This document shows positions 49,208 to 60,587 of a stretch of 64,000 nt of DNA, in pieces. The stretch is from Methanocaldococcus indicus (lineage in GTDB: Archaea; AGJL01; Methanococci; Methanococcales; Methanocaldococcaceae). The notes beneath the pieces were generated by a model. That model did not search any database. It had not been told where the DNA came from and saw only the letters and a list, made by a program, of their open reading frames with translations. The stretch lies in assembly GCF_049554935.1 (NCBI RefSeq), contig NZ_CP186926.1, forward strand, positions 704,001-768,000, in the 5' to 3' direction. Positions within the stretch are counted from its first letter, which is position 1. Every line of letters begins with the position of its first letter. Made by a program: the position numbers and the translations under genes.

Positions 49208-49595
49208 AACATCTCACCAAAAATTAAATTTATTTTCTTTAAAATAAATTTTTAAATTCTATATTTAAAATTTTTATGGTTATATTTATCACGCTAAAAA
49301 TTTTTATTTTTTGATTTTATTTGATTTTAGTTGGTTATTTTTAATTTAAATGATTTTTAGGAAAATTCAGAGGGGGTCATTATTTTGAATATTTTATATA
49401 TTTTGATTATATAATTTATTGAGATTTTTTAGTGTTTTATGTTGTTTCTTCTAATATTTGTAAATCTCTAATAAATTGGTTTAGTTTTTAGATATAAAAA
49501 ATTTTTATTGGATTAATAGGAAATAGAAAGATTTTTATAAAAGTTCAAAGGTATATAAATAAATAGGGAAACCTACCCTTCAAAAATTTTTGTGT

Positions 49596-49652
49596 AGAAA
49601 AGCTTATATATGAGAAGGTCGTTAATGTTATTATGTCTAAAATGTGCCTCCT
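49596..49652 (+). promoter_or_regulatory. CRISPR leader with BRE/TATA
   Basis: AGAAAAGCTTATATATG about 40 nt before the first repeat; nearly identical to the tRNA-Leu promoter. Confidence 0.75.
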
Positions 49653-49821
49653 GTTAAAATCGAGCCTCTTGGAGGATGGAAATCAACTAACTGAAAATCT
49701 CCTTTTTTTCTTTTATATGAGTTAAAATCGAGCCTCTTGGAGGATGGAAATTAGTAATAATCTCTCCCATCATCTGCCTCTTCTTCAAGTTAAAATGTTA
49801 AAATCGAGCCTCTTGGAGGAT
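49653..49821 (+). CRISPR. CRISPR mini-array: 2 full repeats, 1 truncated repeat, 2 spacers
   Basis: GTTAAAATCGAGCCTCTTGGAGGATGGAAAT at 49653 and 49721, truncated copy at 49797; 37-nt spacers 49684-49720 and 49752-49788; CCTC/GAGG hairpin. Confidence 0.92.
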
Positions 49822-49944
49822 AAAGATTCATATGAGCTATTTTTTATCTATTAATTTAAAAATTTAAATTCATAAGATAGTAGTTATCTTTATAAATAGC
49901 TAATAATAAAATTTTATAATTAAAAGTTTTTTAAGGTTTTAAAT

Positions 49945-51426
49945 ATGGAAAAAGATATTATAACAATATGTCCAATATGTTTTAAAAGAATTAAAGGAAA
50001 ATTAATAGAGAAAGATAACAAGGTTTATGTTATAAAAAAATGTGAAGAACATGGAGAGTTTAAAGATATCTATTTTGGAGATTATGAAACATATAAAAAA
50101 TTCAGCAAATACTATTTTACAAATAAAGTAAAATCTCCAATAACTAAAATTGAAAAAGGATGTCCTTTTGATTGTGGATTATGCCCAAATCATAAATCAG
50201 AGAGTGTTTTAGTTAATATAGATGTAACAAATAGATGTAATTTAAATTGTCCAATATGCTTTGCAAATGCTAATAAAACAGGTAAAGTTTATGAGCCAAG
50301 TTTTGAAAAAATTAAGGAAATGATGATTAATCTAAGAAAGTTAGGAGTTCCTTACTTACAGTTTGCTGGTGGAGAGCCAACAGTTAGAGATGATATTTTT
50401 GAGCTAATAAAGTTGGCTAAGGATTTAGGATTTTTAAATATTCAATTAGCTACTAATGGAATAAAACTCAAAGATAAGGAATATGTTAAAAAACTGTTAG
50501 ATGCAGGATTAAACACTATCTATTTACAATTTGATGGTTTATCTGAGAAACCATATTTAATAGCAAGAGGTAAGAATCTATTTCCAATTAAAGATAAAGT
50601 TATTAAAAATTGTAGAGAAGTTGGATTTAATGGTGTTGTATTAGTTCCTACTTTGGTTAAAAATGTTAATGATAATGAGGTTGGAGATATCATTAAATAT
50701 GCTGTTGATAATTTTGATGTTGTTAGAGGAATTAACTTCCAACCTGTTTCTTTTGTTGGGAGAGTTGATGAAGAAGTAAGATTAAAAGGAAGAATAACAA
50801 TTCCTGACTTTATAAAGTTAGTTGAAGAACAAACAAATGGAGAGATATTAAAAGATGATTTCTATCCTGTATCTATTGAGTATCCAATATCCAAATTTGT
50901 AAGTAAATTAATTAATAAGGATAAAGTAGCTATATCTTGTCATCCTTGTTGTGGAGTAGCAACATACATATTTGTAGAAGATGGAAAAATAATCCCAATA
51001 ACAAGATTTTTAGATGTTGAGGGATTTATTGAGTTTATAAATGAAAATATAGAGAATTTAGATTCAAAAGTCAATAAGTTAAAGGTATTGGGAGAGTTAT
51101 TAATAAAAATTAAAAGATTTATTGATTTTGAAAAAGCTCCAAAATGCCTAAATATGAGAGAAATGCTAAACCTATTAGTCAATACTTTAAAAGGAGATTA
51201 TTCTGCTGCTGTTAAACTACATCATAAGATGTTAATGATTGGATGTATGCACTTTATGGATGGATATAACTTTGACATTGATAGAGTTAGTAGATGTGTT
51301 ATACACTATGCTCTACCAGATGGAAAAATAATTCCATTCTGTTCTTACAATTTGTTATATAGAGAGATGTATGAAAACAAATACTCCATACCAATAGAAG
51401 AGTGGAAGAATGCTAAAAGAATGTGA
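49945..51426 (+). CDS. tes: Tetraether lipid synthase (GDGT-MAS/Tes) radical SAM enzyme
   Basis: N-terminal CPIC..CEEH, CPFDCGLC, CNLNCPIC, HPCCG, CMHFMD..RCVIHY..IPFC. Confidence 0.9.
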   Translation: MEKDIITICPICFKRIKGKLIEKDNKVYVIKKCEEHGEFKDIYFGDYETYKKFSKYYFTNKVKSPITKIEKGCPFDCGLCPNHKSESVLVNIDVTNRCNLNCPICFANANKTGKVYEPSFEKIKEMMINLRKLGVPYLQFAGGEPTVRDDIFELIKLAKDLGFLNIQLATNGIKLKDKEYVKKLLDAGLNTIYLQFDGLSEKPYLIARGKNLFPIKDKVIKNCREVGFNGVVLVPTLVKNVNDNEVGDIIKYAVDNFDVVRGINFQPVSFVGRVDEEVRLKGRITIPDFIKLVEEQTNGEILKDDFYPVSIEYPISKFVSKLINKDKVAISCHPCCGVATYIFVEDGKIIPITRFLDVEGFIEFINENIENLDSKVNKLKVLGELLIKIKRFIDFEKAPKCLNMREMLNLLVNTLKGDYSAAVKLHHKMLMIGCMHFMDGYNFDIDRVSRCVIHYALPDGKIIPFCSYNLLYREMYENKYSIPIEEWKNAKRM

Positions 51427-51703
51427 AGGAGGAGTGTTGTTAGATATTGAAGTTCAAGCCAATGCAAAGAAAACTGAAATATATAAGATAAATGAATGGA
51501 GAAAAAGAATTATTGTGAAAGTTAAATCTCCACCAGTAGATGGAAAAGCTAATAAAGAGCTTATAAAATTCTTTTCTAATAACTTTGGAAAAGCTAAGAT
51601 TATTAAAGGTGAAAAATCTAATTTAAAAACTATTTTTATAGAAGAAAAGAAAGAAAAAGTTTTAGAAAAGTTGAGAAAATGGATAGATGTGAAAAATTTA
51701 TAA
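51410..51703 (+). CDS. DUF167/UPF0235 protein
   Basis: PPVDGKANKELI, IIKGEKS. Confidence 0.88.
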   Translation: MLKECEGGVLLDIEVQANAKKTEIYKINEWRKRIIVKVKSPPVDGKANKELIKFFSNNFGKAKIIKGEKSNLKTIFIEEKKEKVLEKLRKWIDVKNL

Positions 51704-52650
51704 AATATATGGAAGAAGAAAATATAAAAAAAGCTGTTATTTTAAAGAAAGAAAATATAAACTATTTTTTAGGAAGATATTTTCCAAGTTTTGGAGTTTT
51801 AGTTTTTGAAGATAAACCTTATCTTTATGTTGGTAAGTTGAATAAAGATTTAGCTGAAACTTACAATATAGAAGTTAGAGAATTCAAAGATTGGAAAGAT
51901 ATTTTTAAAGATGTAGATGGTGTAGAGGAAGAACTACCAATTAAATTTTTAAAATATTTAAATAAGTATAAAACAATATCTCAAAAAATAAAAGAGATGA
52001 GGATGATAAAAGAAAAGGATGAGATAGAAAAGATAAAAAAATCTGCTGAAATAGTTAGTAATTCCTTAAAAAATTTGGATTTTGATAAGAAAGAGATTGA
52101 ATTAGCTGGGGAAATAGAATATAGAATGAAAATAAACAACTCTTTAAAGCCTGCTTTTGATACAATAGTTATCTCAAAAGAGAAAACTTCATTTCCTCAT
52201 GCACTCCCAGAAGATAGGAAGATAGAAGATATTCTTTTAGTGGATTGTGGAGCAGTTTTTGAAGGTTACTGTTCAGATATAACAAGAACTTATATATTAA
52301 AAGAAGATAGTGAAATGAAAAAAATTTATAGGTTGGTTTATGAAGCTAAATGTTTAGTTGAAGACAACTTAAAAGAAGGGGTATCAACAAAATATTTGAC
52401 TGAATTAGTGAATAATTATTTTGGAAATTATAAAAAATACTTTATCCATTCATTAGGACATGGAGTTGGCTTGGAAGTCCATGAACTTCCTAATTTCAGA
52501 GAGGATTTTAAGTTAAAGGAGAATATGGTTATTACAATTGAGCCAGGTTTATATATAAAAAATAAGTTTGGTGTGAGAATAGAAGATTTATATTTAATAA
52601 AGAAAAATGGATTCAAAAGATTAACCAAAACAAAGATTGAAGAATATTAA
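51679..52650 (+). CDS. Xaa-Pro peptidase (M24)
   Basis: PH, DCGA, YCSDITRT, HSLGHGVGLEVHE, TIEPGLY, GVRIED. Confidence 0.93.
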   Translation: MDRCEKFIKYMEEENIKKAVILKKENINYFLGRYFPSFGVLVFEDKPYLYVGKLNKDLAETYNIEVREFKDWKDIFKDVDGVEEELPIKFLKYLNKYKTISQKIKEMRMIKEKDEIEKIKKSAEIVSNSLKNLDFDKKEIELAGEIEYRMKINNSLKPAFDTIVISKEKTSFPHALPEDRKIEDILLVDCGAVFEGYCSDITRTYILKEDSEMKKIYRLVYEAKCLVEDNLKEGVSTKYLTELVNNYFGNYKKYFIHSLGHGVGLEVHELPNFREDFKLKENMVITIEPGLYIKNKFGVRIEDLYLIKKNGFKRLTKTKIEEY

Positions 52651-52664
52651 TAAGGGATATAAAT

Positions 52665-53414
52665 ATGATTGCTATAATTGGTGGAACTGGAATAAACAAG
52701 ATGTTAAAATTAGAAAGAGAAGAGAAGATAACTACTCCATATGGAAAAGCTAAGGTTATGAGAGATGACAATATTGTTTTGTTATTGAGGCATGGGGAAA
52801 AACATAACATTCCTCCTCATAAAATAAATTTTAGAGCTAATATATATGCTCTAAAAATGTTAGGTGTAGAGAGAATTTTAGCAATAAATTCTGTTGGCTC
52901 TTTAAAAGAAGATATACCTCCAGGAAGCTTCTTAATTCCTAATGATTTTATGGAATTCACTAAAAAGAGAGAAGAAACATTTTACAATAAAAGAGTAGTT
53001 CATATAGATTTAACACATCCTTTCTGTCCTGAACTAACAAATATATTAAAAGAGATTTTAGATAAAAACAAATTTGAATATAAAGAAGGAATATACATCT
53101 GCACAGAAGGTCCAAGATTTGAAACAAAGGCAGAGATTAGATTCTACAAAACTTTGGGAGATGTTGTAGGAATGACACTTTATCCAGAGGTTGTATTAGC
53201 AAGAGAGTTGGAGATGTGCTATGTATCTTTATGTAATATAACAAACTATGCCTGTGGAATCTCTAAAAATATTTTAACTGTTGAGGAAGTATTTGAAACT
53301 TTAAAAGAGATGGAAGAGAAGATTTTAAAAATTGTTGATGATTTTGTTAATTATAAATTCCCTAAAAGAAGTTGTATATGTAAAGATGCTGTAAAATTAG
53401 GTGAAATTAAGTAA
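52665..53414 (+). CDS. MTAP-family purine nucleoside phosphorylase (methylthioinosine/adenosine)
   Basis: IIGGTG, RHG..PPH, EGPRFET, VGMT. Confidence 0.92.
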   Translation: MIAIIGGTGINKMLKLEREEKITTPYGKAKVMRDDNIVLLLRHGEKHNIPPHKINFRANIYALKMLGVERILAINSVGSLKEDIPPGSFLIPNDFMEFTKKREETFYNKRVVHIDLTHPFCPELTNILKEILDKNKFEYKEGIYICTEGPRFETKAEIRFYKTLGDVVGMTLYPEVVLARELEMCYVSLCNITNYACGISKNILTVEEVFETLKEMEEKILKIVDDFVNYKFPKRSCICKDAVKLGEIK

Positions 53415-53425
53415 AGTGAGAGAAT

Positions 53426-54193
53426 ATGGAATATGAAGAATTAGAAAATTTAGAAGGAGTTAGTAGGGAGATATACAACCATTTATTAGAGGATGTAAGA
53501 ATAAATACATTTTTAAAGATGTCTAATATTATGGCTGTTGGTAGGTTAGGATATAATGACCACGGAAGAGTTCATGCTAAAATAGTTGCAAACAATGCAA
53601 TAAAAATGCTAAAAATTTTAAATAAAAGAGGAATAGAGCCAAATTTTGTAAAAGATTGCAATGGAACATTTGAAGATTCTATAATAATAACTTTATTAGG
53701 AGCATATCTCCATGATATTGGAAACTCTATCCATAGAGATATTCATCATCTTCATTCAAGTTATTTGGCTAAGGACATTGTTATAGACATATTAAAAAAA
53801 TACTATCCTGAAAATAAAGCTTATCAAATGCTCACAGAAGTTTTGCATGCTATCTACTCACATAGTGAGGGAATTATGTGCTTAACAATTGAGGCAGGAG
53901 TTGTAGCCGTTGCAGATGGGACAGATATGACAAAAGGAAGGTCAAGAGTTCCAATAAAAAAAGGTTGTTATGATATTCATTCTATTTCATCTGCATCAAT
54001 TGAAAAAGTTATAATAAAAGAAGGGGAGAATAAACCAATTAAAATAGAAATTCTACTTACAAATGAAGCTGGTATATTTCAAATTCAAGAAATATTGGGA
54101 GAAAAAATAAAATGGAGTGGATTAAAAGATTATATTGAAGTTTATGCAAAGGTAATAAAAGAAGAAAGTATATTTAGAGAAATTGTTCTATAA
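53426..54193 (+). CDS. HD-domain phosphohydrolase
   Basis: DHGRVH, LHDIGN, ADGTD. Confidence 0.88.
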   Translation: MEYEELENLEGVSREIYNHLLEDVRINTFLKMSNIMAVGRLGYNDHGRVHAKIVANNAIKMLKILNKRGIEPNFVKDCNGTFEDSIIITLLGAYLHDIGNSIHRDIHHLHSSYLAKDIVIDILKKYYPENKAYQMLTEVLHAIYSHSEGIMCLTIEAGVVAVADGTDMTKGRSRVPIKKGCYDIHSISSASIEKVIIKEGENKPIKIEILLTNEAGIFQIQEILGEKIKWSGLKDYIEVYAKVIKEESIFREIVL

Positions 54194-54220
54194 TTGCAAA
54201 ATAAGATTTGTGTGATAAAT

Positions 54221-55021
54221 TTGATAATAGATTATATTAAAGAATTTATTTATAAGTATTATATTTTACCAGCAGAAACTGGAAGTGGTTATAATTTAGT
54301 TCAAGAAATTACTTATGGAGCTATTTTAGCTTTTGCATTGTATCTATTCTACTTAGGACTAAAAAAGTTAGATGTTAAGATAGATTTTAAATTTGCCATT
54401 CCTTCTGTTGTTTTTGCTGTATTAATTGCTTTAATGAGAGCTTTGGTAGATTTAGGATATATAGAAAGAAGTTTTTTAACAATTACTCCTGGAATTATCT
54501 TTTTAGTTGGAGGATTTTTCATTATAACAATTCTTTTATCAGCTTATTTTTTTAAAGATAATTATTATAAAGTTTCTGCTGTTATTGGGGCTATTCCATT
54601 ATTATATTTTTTAACTGTATTCTTTAAACATATTCATCATCCAGAAGCCTTTATTTATTTCATTTTATTATTTTCTCCTGTTTTAATAGTTGTATATTTA
54701 ATAAATAAAAAAATAAATATTTTAAAAGATAGATTAGATTATTTAGCAGTTATAGGGCAATTAACAGATGCAACTGCTACAACAGTTGGAATAGCATTTT
54801 TTCATTATTGGGAGCAGCATCCTATACCAAGATTTTTAATGGAGCACTTTACTCCTTACTCTTTCTTAATAATAAAAACAACTGTTGTTTTAGTTATTCT
54901 CTACATTCTAAATAAAGATGTAGATAATGAAGATTTAAGGAATATAATAAAGCTATGTATTATGGCATTAGGATTAGCTCCTGGATTAAGAGACTTATTT
55001 AGAACAATTATGGGAACTTAA
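54221..55021 (+). CDS. DUF63 family membrane protein
   Basis: [33 protein letters not shown]. Confidence 0.85.
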   Translation: MIIDYIKEFIYKYYILPAETGSGYNLVQEITYGAILAFALYLFYLGLKKLDVKIDFKFAIPSVVFAVLIALMRALVDLGYIERSFLTITPGIIFLVGGFFIITILLSAYFFKDNYYKVSAVIGAIPLLYFLTVFFKHIHHPEAFIYFILLFSPVLIVVYLINKKINILKDRLDYLAVIGQLTDATATTVGIAFFHYWEQHPIPRFLMEHFTPYSFLIIKTTVVLVILYILNKDVDNEDLRNIIKLCIMALGLAPGLRDLFRTIMGT

Positions 55022-56853
55022 TGGAACTTTGGTTGTTTTGAGTATAACATTGGAAGAGGTAATGGTCTAAATGGATAGTTTTTAGTTTTTTCTTTTATTT
55101 CATTTATTAATTCATCAACACTCATTTTAACTTTATAGCTATTTTTTAATGTTGATTTTTCTCTAATTGTAACTGTTAGATAGTTGTTTTTTATTTCATC
55201 CTCTCCTAAAACAACAACATAATTAACCCAATCCTTTCCAGCATTTCTTATTTTTTTACCAACTCTATTATCTGTATCATCTACATCTACTCTAATATTA
55301 TTCTCTTTCAACTTATTAGCTATTTCAATTGCTTTATCTAAATATTCTTCTTTAACTGGGATGATTCTAACTTGTATTGGAGATAACCACAATGGTAAAT
55401 ATGGTAAAGACTCTTTTTTACTACCTTCACTCTCTAAAATTCCACATAATGCCCTCTCAATAGAACCTGTTGGAGAACAGTGTAATATAATTGGATATTT
55501 ATCATCTACTTTTATATTGAATCTCTTGCTACTTTCAACATCTATCTGAACTGTTGGGTTTTCAATTGGTCTTCCTAAACTATCTATAACAGCAATATCT
55601 ACCTTTCCAACCCAGTAGTGTTTTCTTTTAGGTAAGAGCTCTAAAATTACATCTTTATTGTATTTTTCTATATACTCATTAATTAATTTTAAAATCCAAT
55701 CTTTATACTCACTGAAAAAATCTTCTGTAAATCTGAATATTACATTGTAAGATACATTTAAATCATTTCCAGTTTTTAGACACATCCAGAACTGTTTTTC
55801 AAACTCTTCCATAGCTTGCTTTAAATCTAAACATAATGTGTGCATATCTGGCATTGTAAAGCATCTTAATCTCTTTAATCCTACCAATTCTCCTCTTTGT
55901 TCATATCTAAAACTGTAAGTAGAAAGTTCATAAAGCTTTAAAGGCAAATATTTAGGGAGAAGATACATATCTTTTTTCATCATAAACTGTCCAAAACATG
56001 CTGCAAATCTTAGCATTAAATCTCTATTACCTTGTCTAAATCTATACTGTCTCTCTCCAAACTTATCAGCATGCTCTTTAATAGCTTTAACTCCCAAATC
56101 ATACATAACAGGTGTTTCAACAGGCATAGCTCCATAAGATACTACTAAATTATAAACATAATCAGCCAATAAATCTCTAATTAATTTCCCTTTTGGATAC
56201 CATCTAAAATGTCCAGCATCTGATGCATCTTCATAAGAACATATATCTTTCTCCCCAATAATCTTTATATGGACTGGTTCTTTTTCAGAACTTTCTTTAA
56301 TTCCTAATTCATACTTAGCCAAAGCTAATAGTTCATTATCCTCTATAATATCTAAATTATCTTTGTTTAGTTCTATTAATTTACCATCTTTGACTAAATA
56401 AAATTTAGATTCAATTTGTTCTTTTTCTTCTTTCTCTTCTTCTGGATATATCTCTCTTGATAACTCACTTAGAGGATGTCCTTTACAACTTAATTTAAAT
56501 GCTTTATACCAACCAAAAGGAACTCTTAAAACATTATACTTATTCTTTAATCTTTCCTCTAATGATTTTAAAACTTTTAAAGCAACTTCTGGAGAAGAGA
56601 GATTTTTAGATAGATGTGCATAAGGATAGATAACAACATTATTAACTTTTATTTGTGAAATTACATTTTCTATTTCTTCAATTGCTTTATTTACAACACT
56701 TTCAGGATTTTTTTCATCTTCTTTCTCAACAGCTATAAAACAAACTAAACAATCCTCCATTTTTCCTTTTAAGTTATCTGTCTCCTCTGCTATTTTTGTT
56801 TTTTGCTTAGCTTCAAACTCTAAATAATCTGCATGTATTAGAAGCATTTTCAA
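55018..56853 (-). CDS. thrS: Threonine--tRNA ligase (archaeal editing domain)
   Basis: [36 protein letters not shown]. Confidence 0.96.
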   Translation of the reverse strand: MKMLLIHADYLEFEAKQKTKIAEETDNLKGKMEDCLVCFIAVEKEDEKNPESVVNKAIEEIENVISQIKVNNVVIYPYAHLSKNLSSPEVALKVLKSLEERLKNKYNVLRVPFGWYKAFKLSCKGHPLSELSREIYPEEEKEEKEQIESKFYLVKDGKLIELNKDNLDIIEDNELLALAKYELGIKESSEKEPVHIKIIGEKDICSYEDASDAGHFRWYPKGKLIRDLLADYVYNLVVSYGAMPVETPVMYDLGVKAIKEHADKFGERQYRFRQGNRDLMLRFAACFGQFMMKKDMYLLPKYLPLKLYELSTYSFRYEQRGELVGLKRLRCFTMPDMHTLCLDLKQAMEEFEKQFWMCLKTGNDLNVSYNVIFRFTEDFFSEYKDWILKLINEYIEKYNKDVILELLPKRKHYWVGKVDIAVIDSLGRPIENPTVQIDVESSKRFNIKVDDKYPIILHCSPTGSIERALCGILESEGSKKESLPYLPLWLSPIQVRIIPVKEEYLDKAIEIANKLKENNIRVDVDDTDNRVGKKIRNAGKDWVNYVVVLGEDEIKNNYLTVTIREKSTLKNSYKVKMSVDELINEIKEKTKNYPFRPLPLPMLYSKQPKFH

Positions 56854-56948
56854 ATATATCACCCAATTAAAATTTTATAATTATAAGCAAAAAAATATAA
56901 CTATACCACACTACATATTTTTAATTTAAATCTTTTTGGAGGTTGAGT

Positions 56949-57491
56949 ATGGAAGTTCTTGAACTATCTGAGAATGTCATAATTATAAAAAATGGATTAA
57001 ATGTATATAAAATAATAATAGATAATAACGAAGGTAAGTTATTAAAGTTAGTAAAAGATAAATATGTTGTTGTAGAAGAGGGTTTTAAAGGAGATAATAA
57101 AGAGATTATTGAAAAAGCTAAAAAATATATAATACTAATAGAGGACATAAAATTTGACCATACAAAAAATTCATGGGTTAGTGCTGTTGGATTAGATGAA
57201 AATGATTTAAATGATATTTTCTATACTCTTGTTGATGCAGTTGAACATTCCAATACATTATCAGAAGATATAGAATACATATACAAAAAATATAAAGATG
57301 ATATTAGAAAGCTGATAGTTGCTCTTATATATTTTGGACAGTTTATTGAAGATAGTAAAACAAAAGATTCTCTTTTGAAAATTTATGAATTTATATCTAA
57401 TTGGGAAAAATCATTATTATATCATAAGTTAGAAGAAATAAAAAAAGAAAAAGAAAATAAAAACCATAAAGAGCAAGGTTATATAAGGTGA
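56949..57491 (+). CDS. Hypothetical protein
   Basis: GGAGG RBS, 180-aa ORF, first of three co-oriented genes. Confidence 0.75.
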   Translation: MEVLELSENVIIIKNGLNVYKIIIDNNEGKLLKLVKDKYVVVEEGFKGDNKEIIEKAKKYIILIEDIKFDHTKNSWVSAVGLDENDLNDIFYTLVDAVEHSNTLSEDIEYIYKKYKDDIRKLIVALIYFGQFIEDSKTKDSLLKIYEFISNWEKSLLYHKLEEIKKEKENKNHKEQGYIR

Positions 57492-57495
57492 GTTT

Positions 57496-57897
57496 ATGAT
57501 TTCAGGATACTTAGTTAGAGATGTAATGACAAAAGGAATAGTGGAGGTTCCATTAGAAACTAAGTTGGTGGAAATAGTTGAGATAATGAACAAATATAAC
57601 ATTTCCTCTGTTGTAGTATCTGATGGAGAGCAATTTTGGGGAATAATAACTGATTTGGATATTCTAAAAAATTATGAAAAATTGGAAGAATTAACTGCTG
57701 AGGATGTAATGACCACTAAGATTGTAACTGTAAGTCCAGAAGTTCCTTTGGAAAAAGCTATTAATATTATGGTAGAAAATAAGATTCATCATATATATGT
57801 TAAATCTTCATGTGAAGATAGAATAATAGGTGTTATATCCTCAAAAGATATTATTAAGTTGTTTGATGAGCTTATAAAAAAGAGAAAATTAGAGTGA
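57496..57897 (+). CDS. CBS-domain protein
   Basis: [28 protein letters not shown]. Confidence 0.92.
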   Translation: MISGYLVRDVMTKGIVEVPLETKLVEIVEIMNKYNISSVVVSDGEQFWGIITDLDILKNYEKLEELTAEDVMTTKIVTVSPEVPLEKAINIMVENKIHHIYVKSSCEDRIIGVISSKDIIKLFDELIKKRKLE

Positions 57898-57901
57898 AAA
57901 C

Positions 57902-58471
57902 ATGATATTGTTTGACAAACCAGGAAAACAAAATACTGATGAAACACTAAAAATAGCTGTTGAGAGAGCTAAAAAGGGAGATATTAAGAGTATAGTCGTT
58001 GCATCTTCTTATGGAGATACTGCTAAAAAACTTTTAGATTTGTTAGAAAAAGAGAATCTAAATTTAAATGTAGTTGTTGTTACCTATCACCAAGGTTTTC
58101 ATGGAGAAGATAAAATATCTATGCCTAAGGAAGTTGAAGAAGAACTAACAAAAAGAGGTGCAAAAGTTTTTAGAGGTACTCATGCTTTAAGTGGAGTTGA
58201 GAGAGGAATATCCAACAAATTGGGAGGTTATGGGCCAGTTCAAGTAATAGCAGAAACTTTGAGAACATTTGGACAAGGAGTTAAAGTTTGTTATGAAATA
58301 ACTATTATGGCATGTGATGCAGGATTAATAAAAGCTAAGGAGGAAGTTATAGCAATAGGTGGAACTAGTAGAGGGGCAGATACAGCTATGGTTATAAAAC
58401 CTGCAAATATGAACACATTCTTTAACATAGAAGCAAGAGAAATCTTGTGTATGCCAAGAAACAAAAAATAA
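57902..58471 (+). CDS. Pyruvate kinase C-terminal alpha/beta domain protein (DUF1867-like)
   Basis: [33 protein letters not shown]. Confidence 0.82.
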   Translation: MILFDKPGKQNTDETLKIAVERAKKGDIKSIVVASSYGDTAKKLLDLLEKENLNLNVVVVTYHQGFHGEDKISMPKEVEEELTKRGAKVFRGTHALSGVERGISNKLGGYGPVQVIAETLRTFGQGVKVCYEITIMACDAGLIKAKEEVIAIGGTSRGADTAMVIKPANMNTFFNIEAREILCMPRNKK

Positions 58472-58480
58472 TTTTTTATT

Positions 58481-59551
58481 TTATTCAGCTTTATTTATTT
58501 TTATTTTATTTATTCTTTCTATATCTCTTAGTTTTTTTAAGTCTCTTCTATGAATTAATGAGATAGCATGACCTTTTTTTCCTGCTCTCCCAGTTCTTCC
58601 TATTCTATGAATATATTTCTCAGGAGAATTAGGTAAATTATAATTTATAATATGAGTTAAATCTCTAATATCTATTCCTCTACACATAACATCTGTTGAT
58701 ATTAATACTTTAATCTTCTTATTTTTTAGTAATCTTACGGCTCTTTCTCTTGCATTCTGTTTTAAATCTCCATGTATCTCTTCCACTTTTATTCCTTTAT
58801 CTTTTAATTTTTTAGTTAAAATTTTAGTTTCTTTTTTTGTTTCACAGAACACAATTCCATAAAAATCAGATTTTAACAAATTAACTAATTTATTAAATTT
58901 TTCATTATCATTTTTAATTAAATAGTATGATTGTTCTATTTTATTGCTTATCTCAATTTTTATAAATTTATAATCTCCTAAATATTTTTTTACTAAATTT
59001 AAAATTTCTTTTGGCATAGTTGCAGAGAATAATAAAATTCTCTCTAAATTTTCACATTTTCTTATAATTTTTTCAACATCATCAATGAATCCCATATTTA
59101 ACATTTCATCAGCTTCATCTAATACTAAATATTTTACATTATCTAAATTAAATGTCCCTCTATTAATGTGGTCTAAAACTCTTCCTGGAGTTCCTACCAC
59201 AATATTTGATTTTTTTAATTCTTTAATTTGAGGATATATAGGTTTTCCACCATAAATTTTAACTACTTTTAAATTATTTGTTAAACTTTCTATTTCATTT
59301 GCTACTTGAATAGCCAACTCTCTTGTTGGTGTTAATATTAAAGCTTCATTTTTTTCACTAACCAACTCAACTAAAGGAATTGCAAAAGCAGCTGTTTTAC
59401 CACTACCAGTTATTGCTTGTGCAACTATATTCACATTTTCATTTAAAAAAATAGGAATTACTTCTTTTTGTATCTCTGTTGGTGTTTTATATCCTTTTTT
59501 GTTTATAGCTTTTAAAGTATTCTCTGAAAGATTAAAATCACTAAAATTCAT
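58481..59551 (-). CDS. DEAD-box RNA helicase
   Basis: Q motif, TGSGKT, PTRELA, DEAD, SAT, HRIGRTGR. Confidence 0.96.
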   Translation of the reverse strand: MNFSDFNLSENTLKAINKKGYKTPTEIQKEVIPIFLNENVNIVAQAITGSGKTAAFAIPLVELVSEKNEALILTPTRELAIQVANEIESLTNNLKVVKIYGGKPIYPQIKELKKSNIVVGTPGRVLDHINRGTFNLDNVKYLVLDEADEMLNMGFIDDVEKIIRKCENLERILLFSATMPKEILNLVKKYLGDYKFIKIEISNKIEQSYYLIKNDNEKFNKLVNLLKSDFYGIVFCETKKETKILTKKLKDKGIKVEEIHGDLKQNARERAVRLLKNKKIKVLISTDVMCRGIDIRDLTHIINYNLPNSPEKYIHRIGRTGRAGKKGHAISLIHRRDLKKLRDIERINKIKINKAE

Positions 59552-59672
59552 TTTTTCACATCTTTAAAAATATTTAAGTAACAATAATATCTTATTCTAT
59601 ATATAACTTTGCAAAAATAGAAAAATAAAATAAATAGATAAAGCAAATAAATAAAAATAATAACTTTATGGT

Positions 59673-60182
59673 TTATTCTACAGTTTCTTTATACTTATTT
59701 AGTATTATTTCCTTGATAGCCTCTTTTATTTCATCAGTTATTTTTATGTCTGTCTGATATTTGATAGGAATGCTTATTGTTGTTATTTTTAAGTCTATAC
59801 TAATATTACCATCAACCTCTACAGGAATTGTGTTACTTCCTTCTTTTATAATATTAATTAATTTATCAGTAGATAAGGTTATTGGAATTTCAATTGTATT
59901 ATTTCCAGAAGTTATTTCAACATTTGACTTTTCACCATGTCCTAAAAATATTTTATTTCCATTGTTTAGTGCATATATATCAAAACTTATCTTTTTTAAA
60001 GTAATACTTATTGAATTTGGATTGTCTATAACTATTTTAAAAACTATGTTAGTATTTTTTTCATTTATATTTTTAATCTCAACTCCTTCAAAATATACCT
60101 TTGGCTCTTTAACATTCTCAAAACATCCTGCAGATAAAACAACAACTACTGAAAGTAATAAAAATATCAATAAGTTTCTCAT
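59673..60182 (-). CDS. LEA type 2 / WHy-domain lipoprotein
   Basis: Lipobox LSAGC, IDNPNS motif. Confidence 0.82.
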   Translation of the reverse strand: MRNLLIFLLLSVVVVLSAGCFENVKEPKVYFEGVEIKNINEKNTNIVFKIVIDNPNSISITLKKISFDIYALNNGNKIFLGHGEKSNVEITSGNNTIEIPITLSTDKLINIIKEGSNTIPVEVDGNISIDLKITTISIPIKYQTDIKITDEIKEAIKEIILNKYKETVE

Positions 60183-60307
60183 TGACTATCACCTTCTTAA
60201 TATCTCTTTATTTAAAGATTTAATATGTAATGTATTTTAAATGTTTATATTAAAGCTTTTATGTTATAAAAATAAATCATACTAATTAATCTTAAATTGT
60301 GGTTTTT

Positions 60308-60586
60308 ATGACAACAACTACTACTAATGAATTTAATAAAAAAAATATAAAAGAAATATTTGAATATATTATTGATGAGATTGATGAAGGAGAGTATGTT
60401 GAGATTTATTTTGGAAGAGTACATATTGAAGGAGAATTTTTTGAATTTGATGAAGAGGATGGTATAATTAAAATAGCTACTGAAAAATATGGTATTGTTG
60501 AGATAGATTTAAATAAAATTGATGAAATAATTTTAGAATTTGTTCATTATAAAAATAATATTAGAAATATTTTTAAATTCTATTAA
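60308..60586 (+). CDS. Small acidic hypothetical protein (DUF2097-like)
   Basis: EGEYVEIYFGRVHIEG motif. Confidence 0.65.
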   Translation: MTTTTTNEFNKKNIKEIFEYIIDEIDEGEYVEIYFGRVHIEGEFFEFDEEDGIIKIATEKYGIVEIDLNKIDEIILEFVHYKNNIRNIFKFY

Positions 60587-60587
60587 A

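Noticed and set aside
49684-49788. Self-targeting of CRISPR spacers within this window
   Set aside because: Only short partial matches seen by eye (e.g. near 13665); not exhaustive, needs BLASTN.
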